Assembly (NCBI GenBank): GCA_951406725.2
Contig: OX597814.1
Location: forward strand, 4,092,001-4,156,000
Source: Octopus vulgaris
Taxonomy: Eukaryota
DNA length: 64,000 nucleotides
Direction: 5' to 3'
A model generated the notes under the pieces. It did no database searches, was not told where the DNA came from, and saw only the letters and a program-made list of their open reading frames with translations. Made by a program: the position numbers and the translations under genes. Each line of letters opens with the position of its first letter. Positions within the stretch are counted from its first letter, which is position 1. Below are positions 46,218-60,424 of the stretch, in pieces.

Positions 46218-47952
46218 TGTATGTATGTATGTATGTATGTATGTATGTATGTATGTATGTATGTATGTATGTGTGTATGTGTGTATGTATGTATGTATGT
46301 ATGTATGTATGTATGTATGTATGTATGTGTGTATGTATGTGTATGTATGTATGTATGTGTGTATGTATGTATGTATGTGTGTATGTATGTATGTATGTGT
46401 GTATGTATGTGTGTATGTATGTATGTATGTGTGTATGTATGTATGTATGTATGTATGTATGTGTGTATGTATGTATGTATGTATGTATGTATGTATGTAT
46501 GTATGTATGTATGTATGTGTGTATGTATGTATGTGTGTATGTATGTATGTATGTATGTGTGTATGTATGTATGTATGTATGTATGTATGTATGTATGTAT
46601 GTATGTATGTATGTATGTATGTATGTATGTATGTGTGTATGTATGTATGTATGTATGTATGTATGTATGTATGTATGTATGTATGTATGTATGTATGTAT
46701 GTATGTATGTATGTGTGTATGTATGTATGTATGTGTGTATGTATGTATGTATGTATGTATGTATGTGTGTATGTATGTATGTATGTATGTATGTATGTAT
46801 GTATGTATGTGTGTATGTATGTATGTATGTATGTATGTATGTATGTATGTATGTGTGTATGTATGTATGTATGTATGTATGTATGTATGTATGTATGTAT
46901 GTATGTATGTATGTGTGTATGTATGTATGTATGTATGTATGTATGTATGTATGTATGTATGTATGTATGTATGTGTGTATGTATGTATGTATGTTGTATG
47001 TATGTATGTGTATGTGTGATGTATGTATGTATGTGTATGTATGTATGTATGTATGTGTGTATGTATGTATGTATGTATGTATGTATGTATGTATGTATGT
47101 ATGTATGTATGTATGTATGTATGTATGTATGTATGTATGTATGTATGTATGTATGTATGTATGTATGTATGTATGTATGTGTATGTATGTATGTATGTAT
47201 GTATGTATGTATGTATGTATGTATGTATGTATGTATGTATGTATGTATGTATGTATGTATGTATGTATGTATGTATGTATGTATGTATGTATGTATGTAT
47301 GTATGTATGTATGTATGTATGTATGTATGTATGTATGTATGTATGTATGTATGTATGTATGTATGTATGTATGTATGTATGTATGTATGTATGTATGTAT
47401 GTATGTATGTATGTATGTATGTATGTATGTATGTATGTATGTATGTATGTATGTACGTACGTACGTACGTATCTATGTATGAATGTATGTATATATGTAT
47501 GTATGTAAGTATGTATGCATGTATGTATGTATGTATGTATGTATGTGTGTAAGTATGTACGTACGTACGTACGTACGTATCTATGTATGTATGTATGTAT
47601 GTATGTATGTATGTATGTATGTATGTATGTATGCATGTATGTATGTATGTATGTATGTACGTACGTACGTACGTACGTATGTATCTATGTATGTATGTAT
47701 GTATGTATGTATGTATGTATGTATGTATGTATGTATGTATGTATGTATGTATGTATGTATGTATGCATGTATGTATGTATGTATGTATGTATGTATGTAT
47801 GCATGTATGTATGTATGTATGTATGTATGTATGCATGTATGTATGTATGTATGTATGTATGTATGTATGCATGTATGTATGTATGTGTATGTATGTATGT
47901 ATGCATGTATGTATGTATGTATGTATGTATGTATGTATGTATGTGTGTATGT
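46168..47952. repeat. ~1.8-kb (TATG)n array
   Basis: Seen directly in the sequence. Confidence 0.95.
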
Positions 47953-48100
47953 AAGGTCAATTCAAATAAACAAGCAAAATTAATGGACAATAAGAGAATG
48001 GGCACAAGAAATGTATTAGCTTAACACTCAGTGAATAGAGAGACTTTGACGTTTCGAGCATTGCTCTTCGTCGGAAAGGAGAAAAGGAAATCGCCAACAG
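47953..48100 (-). mobile_element. Diverged H1 copy, HHR-like motif at 48044-48078
   Basis: cttt CCGACGA A GAGC aat GCTC GAAAC GTC aaag. Confidence 0.65.
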
Positions 48101-48117
48101 CACGTGTGTAATTACGT

Positions 48118-48173
<56 letters not shown>

Positions 48174-48179
48174 GGTGGA

Positions 48180-48600
48180 ATGACGCAGGAGTGGCTGTGT
48201 GGTAAGTAGCTTGCTTACGAATCACATGGTTCCGGGTTCAGTCTCACTGCGTGGAACCTTGGGCAAGTGTCTTCTACTATAGCCTCGGGCTGACCAAAGC
48301 CTTGTGAGTGGATTTGGTAGACGGAAACTGAAAAGAAGCCCGTCGTATATATGTATATATATATGTGTGTGTGTGCGTGTGTGTATATGTTTGTGTGTCT
48401 GTGTTTGTTCCCCTAGCATTGCTTGACAACTGATGCTGGTGTGTTTATGTCCCCGTCACTTAGGGGTTCGGCAAAAGAGACCGATAGAATAAGTACTGGG
48501 CTTACAAAAGAATAAGTCCTGGGGTCGATTTGGTCGATTAAAGGCGGTGCTCCAGCATGGCCGCAGTCAAATGACTGAAACAAGTAAAAAGAGTAAAAGA

Positions 48601-48601
<1 letters not shown>
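48180..48601 (+). mobile_element. SINE family A, full length
   Basis: Collinear with 9340-9750. Confidence 0.9.
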
Positions 48602-48674
<73 letters not shown>

Positions 48675-48749
48675 GAATAAAATGAAAATTCTTGATACGG
48701 TATGATATATATTTGAAAAAATGATTTGAGATGACCTTTTTAAGGGGAT

Positions 48750-49065
48750 GATTTTAATTTTAATTTTGATAAGATTAAAAGTGAGTACCTGGCCCTGTTG
48801 TTTACCTGTCGTGGATACCCTTCCACACTCATCCAAGCTGCCCTCACTCGTGCCTACCAATTCGATTGCACCACAGCCCTCTCTCCTTCCCTTTTCCACC
48901 CCATCCACCCTACCCTGTGGTGCAAATCGAAGGCTGTGATGCACTCGAATTGGCGGGCACGAGTACGGGCAGCTTGGATGAGTGTGGAAGGGTAACCACG
49001 ACAGGTAAACAACAGGGCCAGGGCCAGGCACTAACTGTAAACATTATTAAGATTAAAATAAAAAA
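48750..49065. mobile_element. Fold-back of a PLE-like coding fragment
   Basis: Arms at 48750-48890 and 48930-49065 encode LFTCRGYPSTLIQAA.TRA, resembling the F..RGYP..I..A motif downstream of PLE reverse transcriptases. Confidence 0.6.
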
Positions 49066-49080
49066 TCAAAAATATCTCCC

Positions 49081-49122
<42 letters not shown>

Positions 49123-49133
49123 TTATGCAACAT

Positions 49134-49275
49134 CTGTTACTCAGTTTCTCGTTTTCATCAGACATAGCAAAACTGTCTAAACGGCAACAATATATATTTT
49201 GTTATATAAAGCATATATACCATATTTGAGTACTCTTTTTCCACCTTGTTTCACATTTATGTGTTTACTCCGGTC
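49134..49275 (-). mobile_element. Family H3 remnant with a CTGATGA core
   Basis: 49205-49275 is the reverse complement of 30113-30192. The minus strand at 49134-49164 reads tgt CTGATGA aaacga GAAAC tga GTA acag. Confidence 0.65.
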
Positions 49276-49295
49276 TATATATATATATATATATA

Positions 49296-49685
49296 GGCGC
49301 AGGAGTGGCTGTGTGGTAAGTAGCTTGTTTACCAGCCACATGGTTCCGGGTTCAGTCCCACTGCGTGGCATCTTGGGCAAGTGTCTTCTGCTATAGCCTC
49401 GGGCCGACCAATGCCTTGTGAGTGGATTTGGTAGACGGAAACTGAAAGAAGCCCGTCGTATATATGTATGTATATATATATATATATGCGTGTGTGTGTT
49501 TGTGTCTGTGTTTGTCCCCCTAGCATTGCTTGACAACCGATGCTGGTGTGTTTACGTCTCCGTTACTTAGCGGTTCGGCAAAAAAGACCGATAGAATAAT
49601 TACTGGGCTTAGAGTTGCTCCATTAAAGGCGGTGCTCCAGCATGGCCGCAGTCAAATGACTGAAACAAGTAAAAGAATAAAAGAG
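49296..49685 (+). mobile_element. SINE family A, near full length
   Basis: Collinear with 9340-9750 apart from a small internal deletion. Confidence 0.9.
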
Positions 49686-50431
49686 TATATATATCCTCGC
49701 TTCCCTTCTGCCTTATTTCTCTCTCTCTCCCCTAAAATTTTGTGGTCTTTCCCTCTCATTATTTGGTCCTTCTGATTTCTTTCCCCTCTCTCATATTCTT
49801 TAGTCCCTCTACCTTCTTCAACTCCTCCCCTCCTCTATCACGTGATCTCTGTCCGTCTTATGCGTCGTCTTTCTTTTTCGGCTGACCGCCTCTGAGGTCA
49901 GTCGCATCTGTCCTGTTCTGTCTCGCCACCCGCTCGGTTAAGGTTTTTCCATTTCCTTTTTCCTTACGCCAGCTTACTACACTGTCTGATAGTCGAAAGA
50001 CCCTGTTTGTTTTGTTTCAGTTTTTGTTGTCTGGTCGAAAGGCTTTTGTCCATTCTATATGTGTAATTCTATTTCTTATGTTACGTTCGTCCGATAGTCG
50101 AAAGGCCCTTTCTCTTTGTTATTTCCTTGTGTTTGAATATGTAGATTCGTTTGCCTTGCTCAAGGACTTAATGCTTTCAGCTTAAGCAGGGGCTTAATGC
50201 CTTCAGCTTAAACCCTTGGCCCAACTGGTCTCGTGTAGTATCGGAGAGGATTGGGCGAAACTACGCGAATATTCCAGACTCCGACTGAAGAAGCTGCGAA
50301 TGATCCGAGTATCTTGTTTTGTCCTGTTTGCCGTTGTTGTGTTATCCTCCTTTTCCTGTTTATGTTTTGACGATTTCCGTTTGTTGTGTTTTTCACCTTT
50401 TATACATACATGTTTTCCTTTAATTCTTTAT

Positions 50432-50984
50432 ATTGTTTCAGCTTCAAAGCTTCGGTCATGCTGGAGCACCACCATTATTTGAAACCTTCTCTAATATGTG
50501 GCATTTGGTGAATGAGGGAATTTGATGCTGCTGCCCTCATCTATGTTTCTTGCCGTGAGGTAGGCTCAACTGGAACCCGTAGCAGGAAGAGATCTAGTTT
50601 TGTGTTAAACACACCTACATCAACTCCATACAGGTCTCTCAGGCATTGTGAAAGGGTATTAAAGAGCTGTGGGCCCTTGAAGTCCACGCTGTTGCAGTAT
50701 CTGGTCCTGTATTTTGATGGCGATGCTGGGATCTTTGGCACTATGCAGTGGCGCCCCGTTCCGCTGTTTGGGTAACTTTCAATGCCCAAAGTTTGGTACA
50801 AGGCTTTCCAGGATACTCCGGATGTATATCACTGCATAGCTTTCCCGCCTTCGTTCTAGGGAGAAGAGTTTTAACTCTTTCTGTCTTTCCCGGTAGCTGA
50901 TACGTTGCATTAGGATGGCTTTCTTTATGTAGCTTCGTTGCATTGCTTCGAGTTCCGCCGTTAATTTTATACTGTGAGGCAACC

Positions 50985-50985
<1 letters not shown>
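50432..50985 (-). mobile_element. Second CR1-group LINE 3' fragment
   Basis: LEAMQR..ISYRERQKELKLFSLERRRE; GRHCIVPKI..KGPQLFN; homologous to 18250-18830. Confidence 0.88.
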
Positions 50986-51050
<65 letters not shown>

Positions 51051-51395
51051 AAACGGGAAAACAGAAAAAACAACAACACGTGGAACAATTACAGTATTAT
51101 TATTATTAGGCGCTCAGGAAAATGGAGGAAGGAGGGTATGACGTTTATCTTCGTATAAGAGAAGGAAGAAGAAGAAAGATCCCGATTTGGGCGAAAGAGG
51201 GAAAAAAAACGCGACTGGTGTTTACGAATACACATGCTGAAAGACCGGAAGTTTTGGAAAACAATATAGTAGGTTTTAAAGTGGAGACAGGAAGGTTGGT
51301 AACAAAAAATGATGTGTATGTATGTGTGAGTATGTGCGTGTGCGTGTGTGTATGTGTGTGTGAGGCGTGTATATATATATGTGTGCGTGTGATAG

Positions 51396-51442
<47 letters not shown>

Positions 51443-52103
51443 AAGAGAGAGAGAGGATATCTATGTGCTTGTGTTAGTTCATGCTTGAAAACCAGAGTTG
51501 GTTTGTTTATGTATTTATAACGTAGCGGTTCGGCAAAAGAAACCGACATAATAAGCACTGGTTTTTAAAATAAATACCAGAGTCTATCAGTTCAACTAAA
51601 ACCCTTCAGGGCGGTGCTCCTGTACGGCTGCAATCCAATGAGTGAAACAAGTAAGCAATACAGCCCCAGGTATGTTCAATAAATCCAAATCTAATGAACT
51701 GTTTGTTTTAATGTTGTCAAATACTTTCTGGTTTACAATTGTTGGCGTAAATTATTTGCTTGGAGTTTAAACAAAACAAGTGTGGTTTGCTTTGTAACTA
51801 AAATACAACGGTTTTCCTTTGCGCATGTTCATACTTTGCCGCTGGAAAATTGGATTGTGGGTATTTTATGTCACTTTCTTTACATCCCTCTTCGACTGCA
51901 GTGGAGTACTAGTGGGAGGGATATAAATATACAAACATACATGATGGCCGTCCACTCGTGACCGAGGAAGACCTTTGCTGACCTTCGGGAACATTGTACA
52001 CTCTAGGACTGACTTATATTTTGCATTTGCACATACATACATATAGATATAAAAAAATATATATATATACATATATATATATATATGTGTGTGTGTATAT
52101 ACA

Positions 52104-52261
<158 letters not shown>

Positions 52262-52459
52262 GAGAAGAGAGAGAGAGAGTGGGAGATACATAGGTTATTG
52301 TTTGTAATACACCATTTTTACTCCGTTGCTGTCCTTCGATGTTATCTTCGTCGGTTGACAATATTTTCCTCTTATCTGATTTATTTAATGCATTTACCAA
52401 AGTTTCGTAATTTACTAACCAAAATCTTAGTCATAAATGGCACAGTCTCTTTCTTCCTT

Positions 52460-52493
<34 letters not shown>

Positions 52494-52508
52494 TCACTTC
52501 CCTCTCTT

Positions 52509-52546
<38 letters not shown>

Positions 52547-53014
52547 TCTCCTACGACGTAGAACGTCAGACCTTAAAGTCGTTTCCAATAACGTCATTGT
52601 TTTAGTAAAGAATTTTTTTCAATCATGTTTTATAATTCTAAACAAAACTGAATATCCCAATCCAAAGAGGACATGGAGAGGAGGGGGAAGAGGAAGAGGA
52701 GGAGAAGGGGGTAGAGGAGGACCTTTTTGTTGCCGACAAAACAAGCTATATAAGTAATAAGATGAAGTAACCACTGATCCGTCATTAGGACCCACGGCCA
52801 AAGTAGTCTTCTTGGCCACAAAATAAAATTATAAAGTGATAGCAAGGCACGAATAGACGATGTAGACTTCGATGTGCTGAGGATACAAGACACACTGGGA
52901 TATCTGAAGAAATTGAAGGAAATTGATTTAGATTTAGGTCTGTCATCATCCCGAGGAGTCATAGAGCCAGAATTGAAACCGGTTTCCATGGCATACAAGA
53001 TTATAACCCTTCTT

Positions 53015-53216
53015 CCCCACTCCCTGAGCGGGATGCCGGTCTGGCGTGAAGGGTTAAGTTCTCAGCTATTGTTGGAAACCTTTCGCGGATGAGTAGACAG
53101 GGAGCAGTGTGAAAGGATTTTGCTCAAGAATACAATGCGCCGCCCGGGCTGAGAATCGAACCAGCGACCTTACGGTCCGGAGTATAATATTTCAACCACA
53201 AGGTCACGCGCCTTCA
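53015..53216 (-). mobile_element. SINE family C, diverged
   Basis: tRNA-like head (ggttcgattctc) and tgtattcttgagcaa core on the minus strand. Confidence 0.65.
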
Positions 53217-53579
53217 TCCTAAAGGAAAGCATTTAAAAAAGAGAAAAAAATGTCTGTATTAAATTCAGGACGGTCTTAATGTAACACCTACAAATCAAAT
53301 AACGCCATTTTTAGATCTGAACAGCCCGATAGAAAACAACCGACCGACCAAAGAGAGGGGTGAATGTCTTTACAGTAAGTAGAGGCATTTGTGGAGAGAG
53401 TGGATGGCCAGACGGATACAAAGCATCACGGGTAACCTCTCTACTTCGCAAGAGAAGCGGTCACTAATAAACTCTACAGGATAAAACAAACGCTAAACAA
53501 CCACAAGTTTTCTAACAAACTAATAGACCAAACCAATGAAACAATACAGTTCTAAATATATCAGGGACTTCGATACAGA

Positions 53580-53623
<44 letters not shown>

Positions 53624-54269
53624 GACTTAAATATGTACAGATTTAAAACACCTACTAAAATATACACAAACTCTACGTAAAATCTAATCACACCGAATGA
53701 ATTAAAACAATATCGAAAGATCATAAAACAGAGCAAAATGGCTTCCACCCAACCATAGATTATATGATAGGGAAAAGGGCTGGAATTTGTGTGGTTCGTG
53801 ATTAGTCGACAATCGTATTTGACTGGTACTTTATTTTGTCAATTGTCGAAGATTGAAATGCAAAGTTGAACTCGGTGGAATTTTAACTCAGAACGTAAAT
53901 AGCCGTTACTTAATACACAAAGCATTTTTGCCAACGTTCTCCCGATTTTACTAATCCTACTGGCCTCAAAGTAGCACTAATAATATACAACGAAAGAGCT
54001 AAAATAAAGAAAAACATCTTTATCGATGGCAAACCGGAAGCGTGTAACCGCCAGGTGATTCCATAAATGTCCTCAGTAATTAAAAAGAAACTATTGGCAA
54101 GGGCACAAACTGTGGACTTCATTACGTCAATCACTACATTGGCCAGACTAACACTACACTTCTTTTGGCAACTCACTATGTATTTACAAGGAGAAATTGA
54201 AACGTACTGCATTAAAGAAGATAAATCAAAACTTGATAAGGAAACATTAGTAAGCAATACAGCTGCCTA

Positions 54270-54802
54270 ATACATACATACATACATACACACACACATA
54301 CATACATACATACATACATACATACATACATACATACATACATACACACATAGACACATACATACATACATACATACATACATACATACATACATACATA
54401 CATACATACATACACACATAGACACATACATACATACATACATACATACATACATACATACATACATACATACATACATACATACATACATACATACATA
54501 CATACATACATACATACATACATACATACACATACATAGACACATACATACATACATACATACATACATACATACATACATACTGCCCTTACCTTCGAAA
54601 TACGGAGTAGCCGAAACAGAGGCAACTGAAGAAGGGGAATATTCTTTATGTTGTATGTCTTGTACTTTGTTTTTTCGTTGTTAAAAAAAAGTCCGTTTCC
54701 ATGTTTTTGTTTTTATGTTTTCGTTTCTCATTGTGTTCTACGTCTTTTGGTGTCCTGTACCTATATATGCATATATATATACATGTAGAGGTAGGTATGT
54801 AC

Positions 54803-54835
<33 letters not shown>

Positions 54836-55249
54836 TGTATGTATGTATGAATGTATGTATGTATGTATGTATGTATGTATGTATATATGTATGTGTGTAT
54901 GTATGTGTGTATGTATATATGTATGTACGTATGTATGTATGTATGGATGTACGTACGTATGTATGTATGTATGTATGTATGTATGTATGTATGTATGTAT
55001 GCATGTATGTGTGTATGTACGTACGTATGTATGTATGTATGTATGTATGTATATATGTATGTGTGTATGTATGTGTGTATGTATATATGTATGTACGTAT
55101 GTATGTATGTATGGATGTACGTACGTATGTATGTATGTATGTATGTATGTATGTATGTATGTATGTATGCATGTATGTGTGTATGTACGTACGTATGTAT
55201 GTATGTATGTATGTATGTATATATGTATGTGTGTATGTATGTGTGTATG

Positions 55250-55283
<34 letters not shown>

Positions 55284-55345
55284 CGTACGTATGTATGTAT
55301 GTATGTATGTATGTATGTATGTATGTGTGTATGTATGTGTGTATG

Positions 55346-55379
<34 letters not shown>

Positions 55380-55452
55380 TGTATGTATGTATGTATGTAT
55401 GTATGTATGTATGTATGTATGTATGTATGTATGTATTTATGTATGTATGTAT
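54270..55452. repeat. (ACAT)n and (TATG)n arrays with higher-order duplication
   Basis: The variant landmark atggatgtacgtacg recurs at ~54943 and ~55111. Confidence 0.9.
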
Positions 55453-55584
55453 TATGTACCCCTTATTCATTATGTACCCATAATGCACCCCTTATTCCTT
55501 CGAAATTAGGAATATGCAGCCTTCGAAACATATGTCGAAAATAAAGGAATTTTGTTAATTCGTCGTTCAACTCCATTCTTTCAT

Positions 55585-55621
<37 letters not shown>

Positions 55622-55779
55622 TGTATGTATGTATGTATGTATGTATGTATGCATATGTTTTATTTATTAATTTGTTATTATACGATCGAACGCCACGCAT
55701 TCACTTCCAAGTAAGTTTTATATATATATATATCAATTTTTACTCTATTTGGCAAACTTGGTTATGAAGAAATCACTCA

Positions 55780-56990
55780 AAGGAAGAAATCTTGCAGCAG
55801 ACAATAAAGAATTTGTCCAAACATGTTCAAGCAATGCGTGACAGATATTCTCTCAAGACTAATTTAACAATTTAGTAAAAGATCTCGGCTTCTTCAAAGA
55901 TGCTGCAGCGGAGCTCTTTCGTTAGAGATTTTATCTTGTAAATGCATAATGAGTTGCCAGGAAAGGACCGTGTTTGTCTGTCCAATTTTTACAACATCCA
56001 GACTCGACTTTCTCTAGCTACTGGAGTAAATGTAAAAAGTTTACACCAAATTTCAAGAAAGATAAATCTTTGGTTAATTCCAGTAGCGTCACTGACAGAG
56101 ACAAAAATGGAGATTATTTACAGATTCATCTTAAAATAAGCTTAAAAGATGTAATTCTTTATCACGGTAATAGAAATGAATTAATATCTGTTGGTAACTT
56201 CTGTGTATTTAAAAGACACTTGCCCGCCTTTTTTTGGCACATCGTCTCAAGAACAACCTCCAATAGTGAACATTTATGTTCTTTATTAGTGATTTGATAG
56301 TTTAGTTCATTATTAATGGTTTGATAGCTGAATGGTTTGTGCATTTTACTGGGTCAACGGGTTGTACAAAATTGCTGTTTTCTCTATGAACATACAGAGC
56401 CAATGATTTACGTTGAAATCAAAAGGAATGGATAAATAATACCAGTTACATTTTGGGGTGTTTGTTAAAAAAAGAGCTATTAGACTTTACTTGGTGAATC
56501 CAGATAACGCTTTGTTACCACCGCTTCATGTCGCGCTTGGATTAATGTTACTTTGTCAGAGACTTGCCGAAAGATGGAAACCTGCTTTGCGTACTTATGT
56601 CAACCGTTTCCTTGTTTATTTGGAGCTGAATTGAGAAAATGCATATTTGTTGGGGTTGATATTGTAAAACTGATTTCTGTTGCATAATTTGAAGGTAAAA
56701 TGAACGACCTGGGACGAGGGACTTGGTTGTCATTCATAGAATTTTAAAATTTTTTAGGAAACAAAAAGAATACAGATTACAAAAAACTGTGATCAGTTTG
56801 TTTAAGTGTAAAGAAATTGTAATATCTGCCACAAAATTTTGTTTGCGGTTTAGTATTTGGAATATTTTCCAGAAATTCTTGGAGTGGTAAGTGAAGAGTA
56901 TGGCGAAAGATTCCGTCAGGGCATCAAGATAAAGGTTGTCTTTTCAATGTTTAGGTGGGGTTGTAATGGCTGATTCAGGAATTTTTACAA
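55780..56990 (+). mobile_element. Decayed DNA transposase, probably Chapaev3/CMC-like
   Basis: Fragments NLVKDLG..KDAA.EL, WRLFTDSS..SLKDVILYHGN, LLPPLHVALGLM, CFAYLCQ.FP, IFVG.DI.KL and FPEILGVVSEEYGERFRQGI. The superfamily name comes from recalled motifs. Confidence 0.72.
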
Positions 56991-57073
56991 ACGAAAGAAG
57001 TTTTAAAGTAAAAAAATATGAAATGTTAAAAATAGCAGATTATTAAAATCAGTTTAAGTTCACTTATTATAAT

Positions 57074-57210
57074 TATTTCTTTATTGCCCACAGGGACGGG
57101 CTAAACATAGAGGAAACAAGCAAAGACAGACAAAGGAATTAAGTCGATTGCATCGATTCTAGTGCATAACTGGTACTTATTTAATCGACCCCGAAAGGAT
57201 GAAAGGCTAA
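57074..57210 (-). mobile_element. SINE B core with an alternative 3' tail
   Basis: Core gcctttcatcctttcggggtcga followed by a tail resembling the LINE end at 28975-29020. Confidence 0.75.
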
Positions 57211-58420
57211 TAGAAAGAGAGATATGGAGATATGAGAGAATCTTTCAACGGTTTGGCCGCGAGGCAAGACTCTAGCCGCAATTAAGACATTTCTGGTGGC
57301 AGATTAAGTCGTGGTTTTATACACAAGAAAATTATAAAGGTCTAGGAACCTTCTTTTTGCATTTATCTCGGTAGGAAAATATTAAACGTGTGTTTTATTA
57401 TGTCTACCGACAGTTTACACCAACGTCGCAAGATGATTGAATGTGATATCTGTTGTTAGGCGTATTGATTATTCGCAGAAAAGGTTTAAGGCTTTCCTAT
57501 CATAAAATTACTAAATGCGGTAATATCAGTCAAAGCATGATTCTAAATGTAAACAGAGACATTACTTACCACATGTATATATTTCACTTCATCTCTCTAT
57601 ATTTTATTATTTCTTTTTATATATATATATATATATATTTCTTTGCGTTCTTTCGTTTTCTTTGCGTTATTTCTAATGTCTTGCGCTGCTTACTTTATGC
57701 ACGTTTGGGGGAAATGTGATGTAATGGAAATATTCTAAATATGGTCCCTTTTCTTTTCTTTTTAATTCAGTGTTCGTTGATGGAAGACACAATTGCGCAA
57801 GATTTGGACAGTTTTTAACGACTTTCATCCGGTACAAATGCGTTGTGGAAACAACATTGCTCATATCACAACACAGAACAAGGAAACGTCCACAGAGATA
57901 TCAGACATTCATCTTAAACAGATACATCGTTTCCTGGTAGAAGAAGGGCAACAGAAATGGTCAAGAATTGGAAGCTAGAGTAAATATCATCTTTTGGAAA
58001 GCACCAATTTCTTTACCTCTTCTTGCTCTAATACCAACGTAAAATAAACCAATGCTGAACGCTTAATGCAATGAGGAGACTGTGAAGGTTTAGAATTATG
58101 GATGAACCTTAAAATTTTGCCGTTTCTAACAAATTACGAAATGTCTAAAGGAACAGGAAAAGAAAGACTAAAAAGATAAACCGCACTCGGGTTTACGATA
58201 TGTTCGAACGAAAAACTGCTCCTCCATATGCAAAATGTGTGCGTGTGTGTGTGTGTGTGCGCGCGCTCGCGCGTATGTGTGCGCATGCGTATGTGTGCTC
58301 AGCTATATTCACATCCTCTAATCGCCATTTTGAATGACATCTTGTTCCAACCACAAGTGGATGTGTATCTTTATTTTTTACATTTAATTACGGACCTCTT
58401 CATTCTGATTTATAATTTTA

Positions 58421-58815
58421 CTAGCAGTATCGCCCGGCGTTGCTCGGGTTTGTAAGGGAAATAACTATAAAGCATTTTTAGAGAGTTATAGCCAAAAAAT
58501 AGCAAAATAATGCATTAAAAATGGGAAAAAAATTATGGTAAATTTTTTTAAATCGTTGACTCAACGTAGACATTTTTAGAGAGTTACTTCCCTTATATAA
58601 TAGCGAAAAAATGCATTAACATGGAAAAAAATGATGGTAAATTATTTTTAAAATCGTAGACTCATCGTAGACGCGCGCTAATACCCAGAAGGGCTCGATA
58701 TGAATCACGACTATAAGATACCCGAATTTGGTTAAACTGCACCGCAAAATGTGGGAGTAGTTAGGAATGTAAATCGTAGGAGACAGACACACAACCTTAC
58801 TTTTATATATAAAGA
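58421..58815 (-). mobile_element. Non-autonomous Helitron
   Basis: The minus strand starts A|TCTTTATATATAAAAG and ends with hairpin CCCGAGC aac GCCGGG, then CTAG|T. No TSD; internal ~100-bp duplication. Confidence 0.85.
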
Positions 58816-58967
58816 TATTTGACATTCTAAGATTGATATATGTATGCTAGTTTATATTTATAATTTTTAATTGTTAATTGTTAATTTCGCAAAGTTTATT
58901 TTTAATTTTTAATTTAACACTTAATTTTTATGATGATTTAAAATAGCTGAACAATATTTTGAAAAAT

Positions 58968-59049
58968 GAACCTGAAGAAGTGTTGGTAGAATTATAAATC
59001 TGATGATTACATATATTCTGATCTTCCAATACAGAAACACGTGTAGTTC
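58968..59049 (+). ncRNA. Hammerhead ribozyme motif, intact core
   Basis: gaac CTGAAGA A GTGTTGG ... CCAATAC A GAAAC acgt GTA gttc; palindromic ACACGTGT stem III. Confidence 0.8.
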
Positions 59050-59261
59050 CTTTATAATTATAATTTTAACTCAAGTAAGGGCTAATTAAGGTAGTATATT
59101 TTATACCCTGCTATTCTACTGGTTTTATCCTCAGGTATTATTTCTTGATGTGTATATAAATTCCACGAGTTTTCCATCATTAAATACTCGTTATGCTATT
59201 TTTGCATCATCTGAAATGGATGGAATACCCACAAATCTATTGATTGAAATCCCAATAACTG

Positions 59262-59319
<58 letters not shown>

Positions 59320-59333
59320 ATGTATGTATATAC

Positions 59334-59366
<33 letters not shown>

Positions 59367-59571
59367 TGTATGTATGTATGTATGTATGTATGTATGTATG
59401 TGTGTGTATGTGTGTGTGTATGTATGTATGTATGTGTGTATGTATGTATGTATGTGTGTGTGTGTATGTATGTATGTATGTACGTATGTATGTATGTGTG
59501 TATGTCTATTTATCTATCTATATACATGTATACGTGTGTGTACATATATATATACATATATATATATATAC

Positions 59572-59646
<75 letters not shown>

Positions 59647-59874
59647 CATAAACACGCTCGCGCGCACATTCGCGTTCGCAAATCACTAACTCAGTCTCCA
59701 CTGTGTCCCAACATTCATAACTTTCGGCCAACCAGATGCCTTCGACCCCTACCGCCGCCACCACCACCCCAAGTGACCGCTGGTCAATGTCCGTGAACTA
59801 AACCTCTTCACCCAAACATATATCTCACAATTATGCTCACTGCTTCCTTGTAACTTTGGTTTCAGGGCTACATG

Positions 59875-59915
<41 letters not shown>

Positions 59916-59998
59916 CACACACACACACGCACGCACACGCACACACACACACACACACACGCACGTTGTACGACTAACTTCACAGCCAGATGTGCTAT

Positions 59999-60048
<50 letters not shown>

Positions 60049-60226
60049 TGTTTATCACATCTGCTGAATCTTGTTGCTTTGTTATCACTTGATTTTACAC
60101 AAGAAGGTCAATTATTAACATTCGATACTTATTGATTTCTACCTTCACCTCCTTCCCTCCCTCCCTCTCTTGCCGCTCATACATATGTCGTATATATCCC
60201 GATCTTGTATTCTCATACTCTGGGTG

Positions 60227-60424
<198 letters not shown>

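Noticed and set aside
46038-47983. Long ORFs (up to 588 aa) of MYVC/HTYI repeats; likewise 23870-24836, 26944-28739, 54646-55544 and 61178-62110
   Set aside because: These are stop-free translations of simple microsatellites, not genes.
48911-48930. taccctgt seed resembling the miR-10 family
   Set aside because: Only the first 8 nt match, and it lies in the loop of a transposon-like fold-back.
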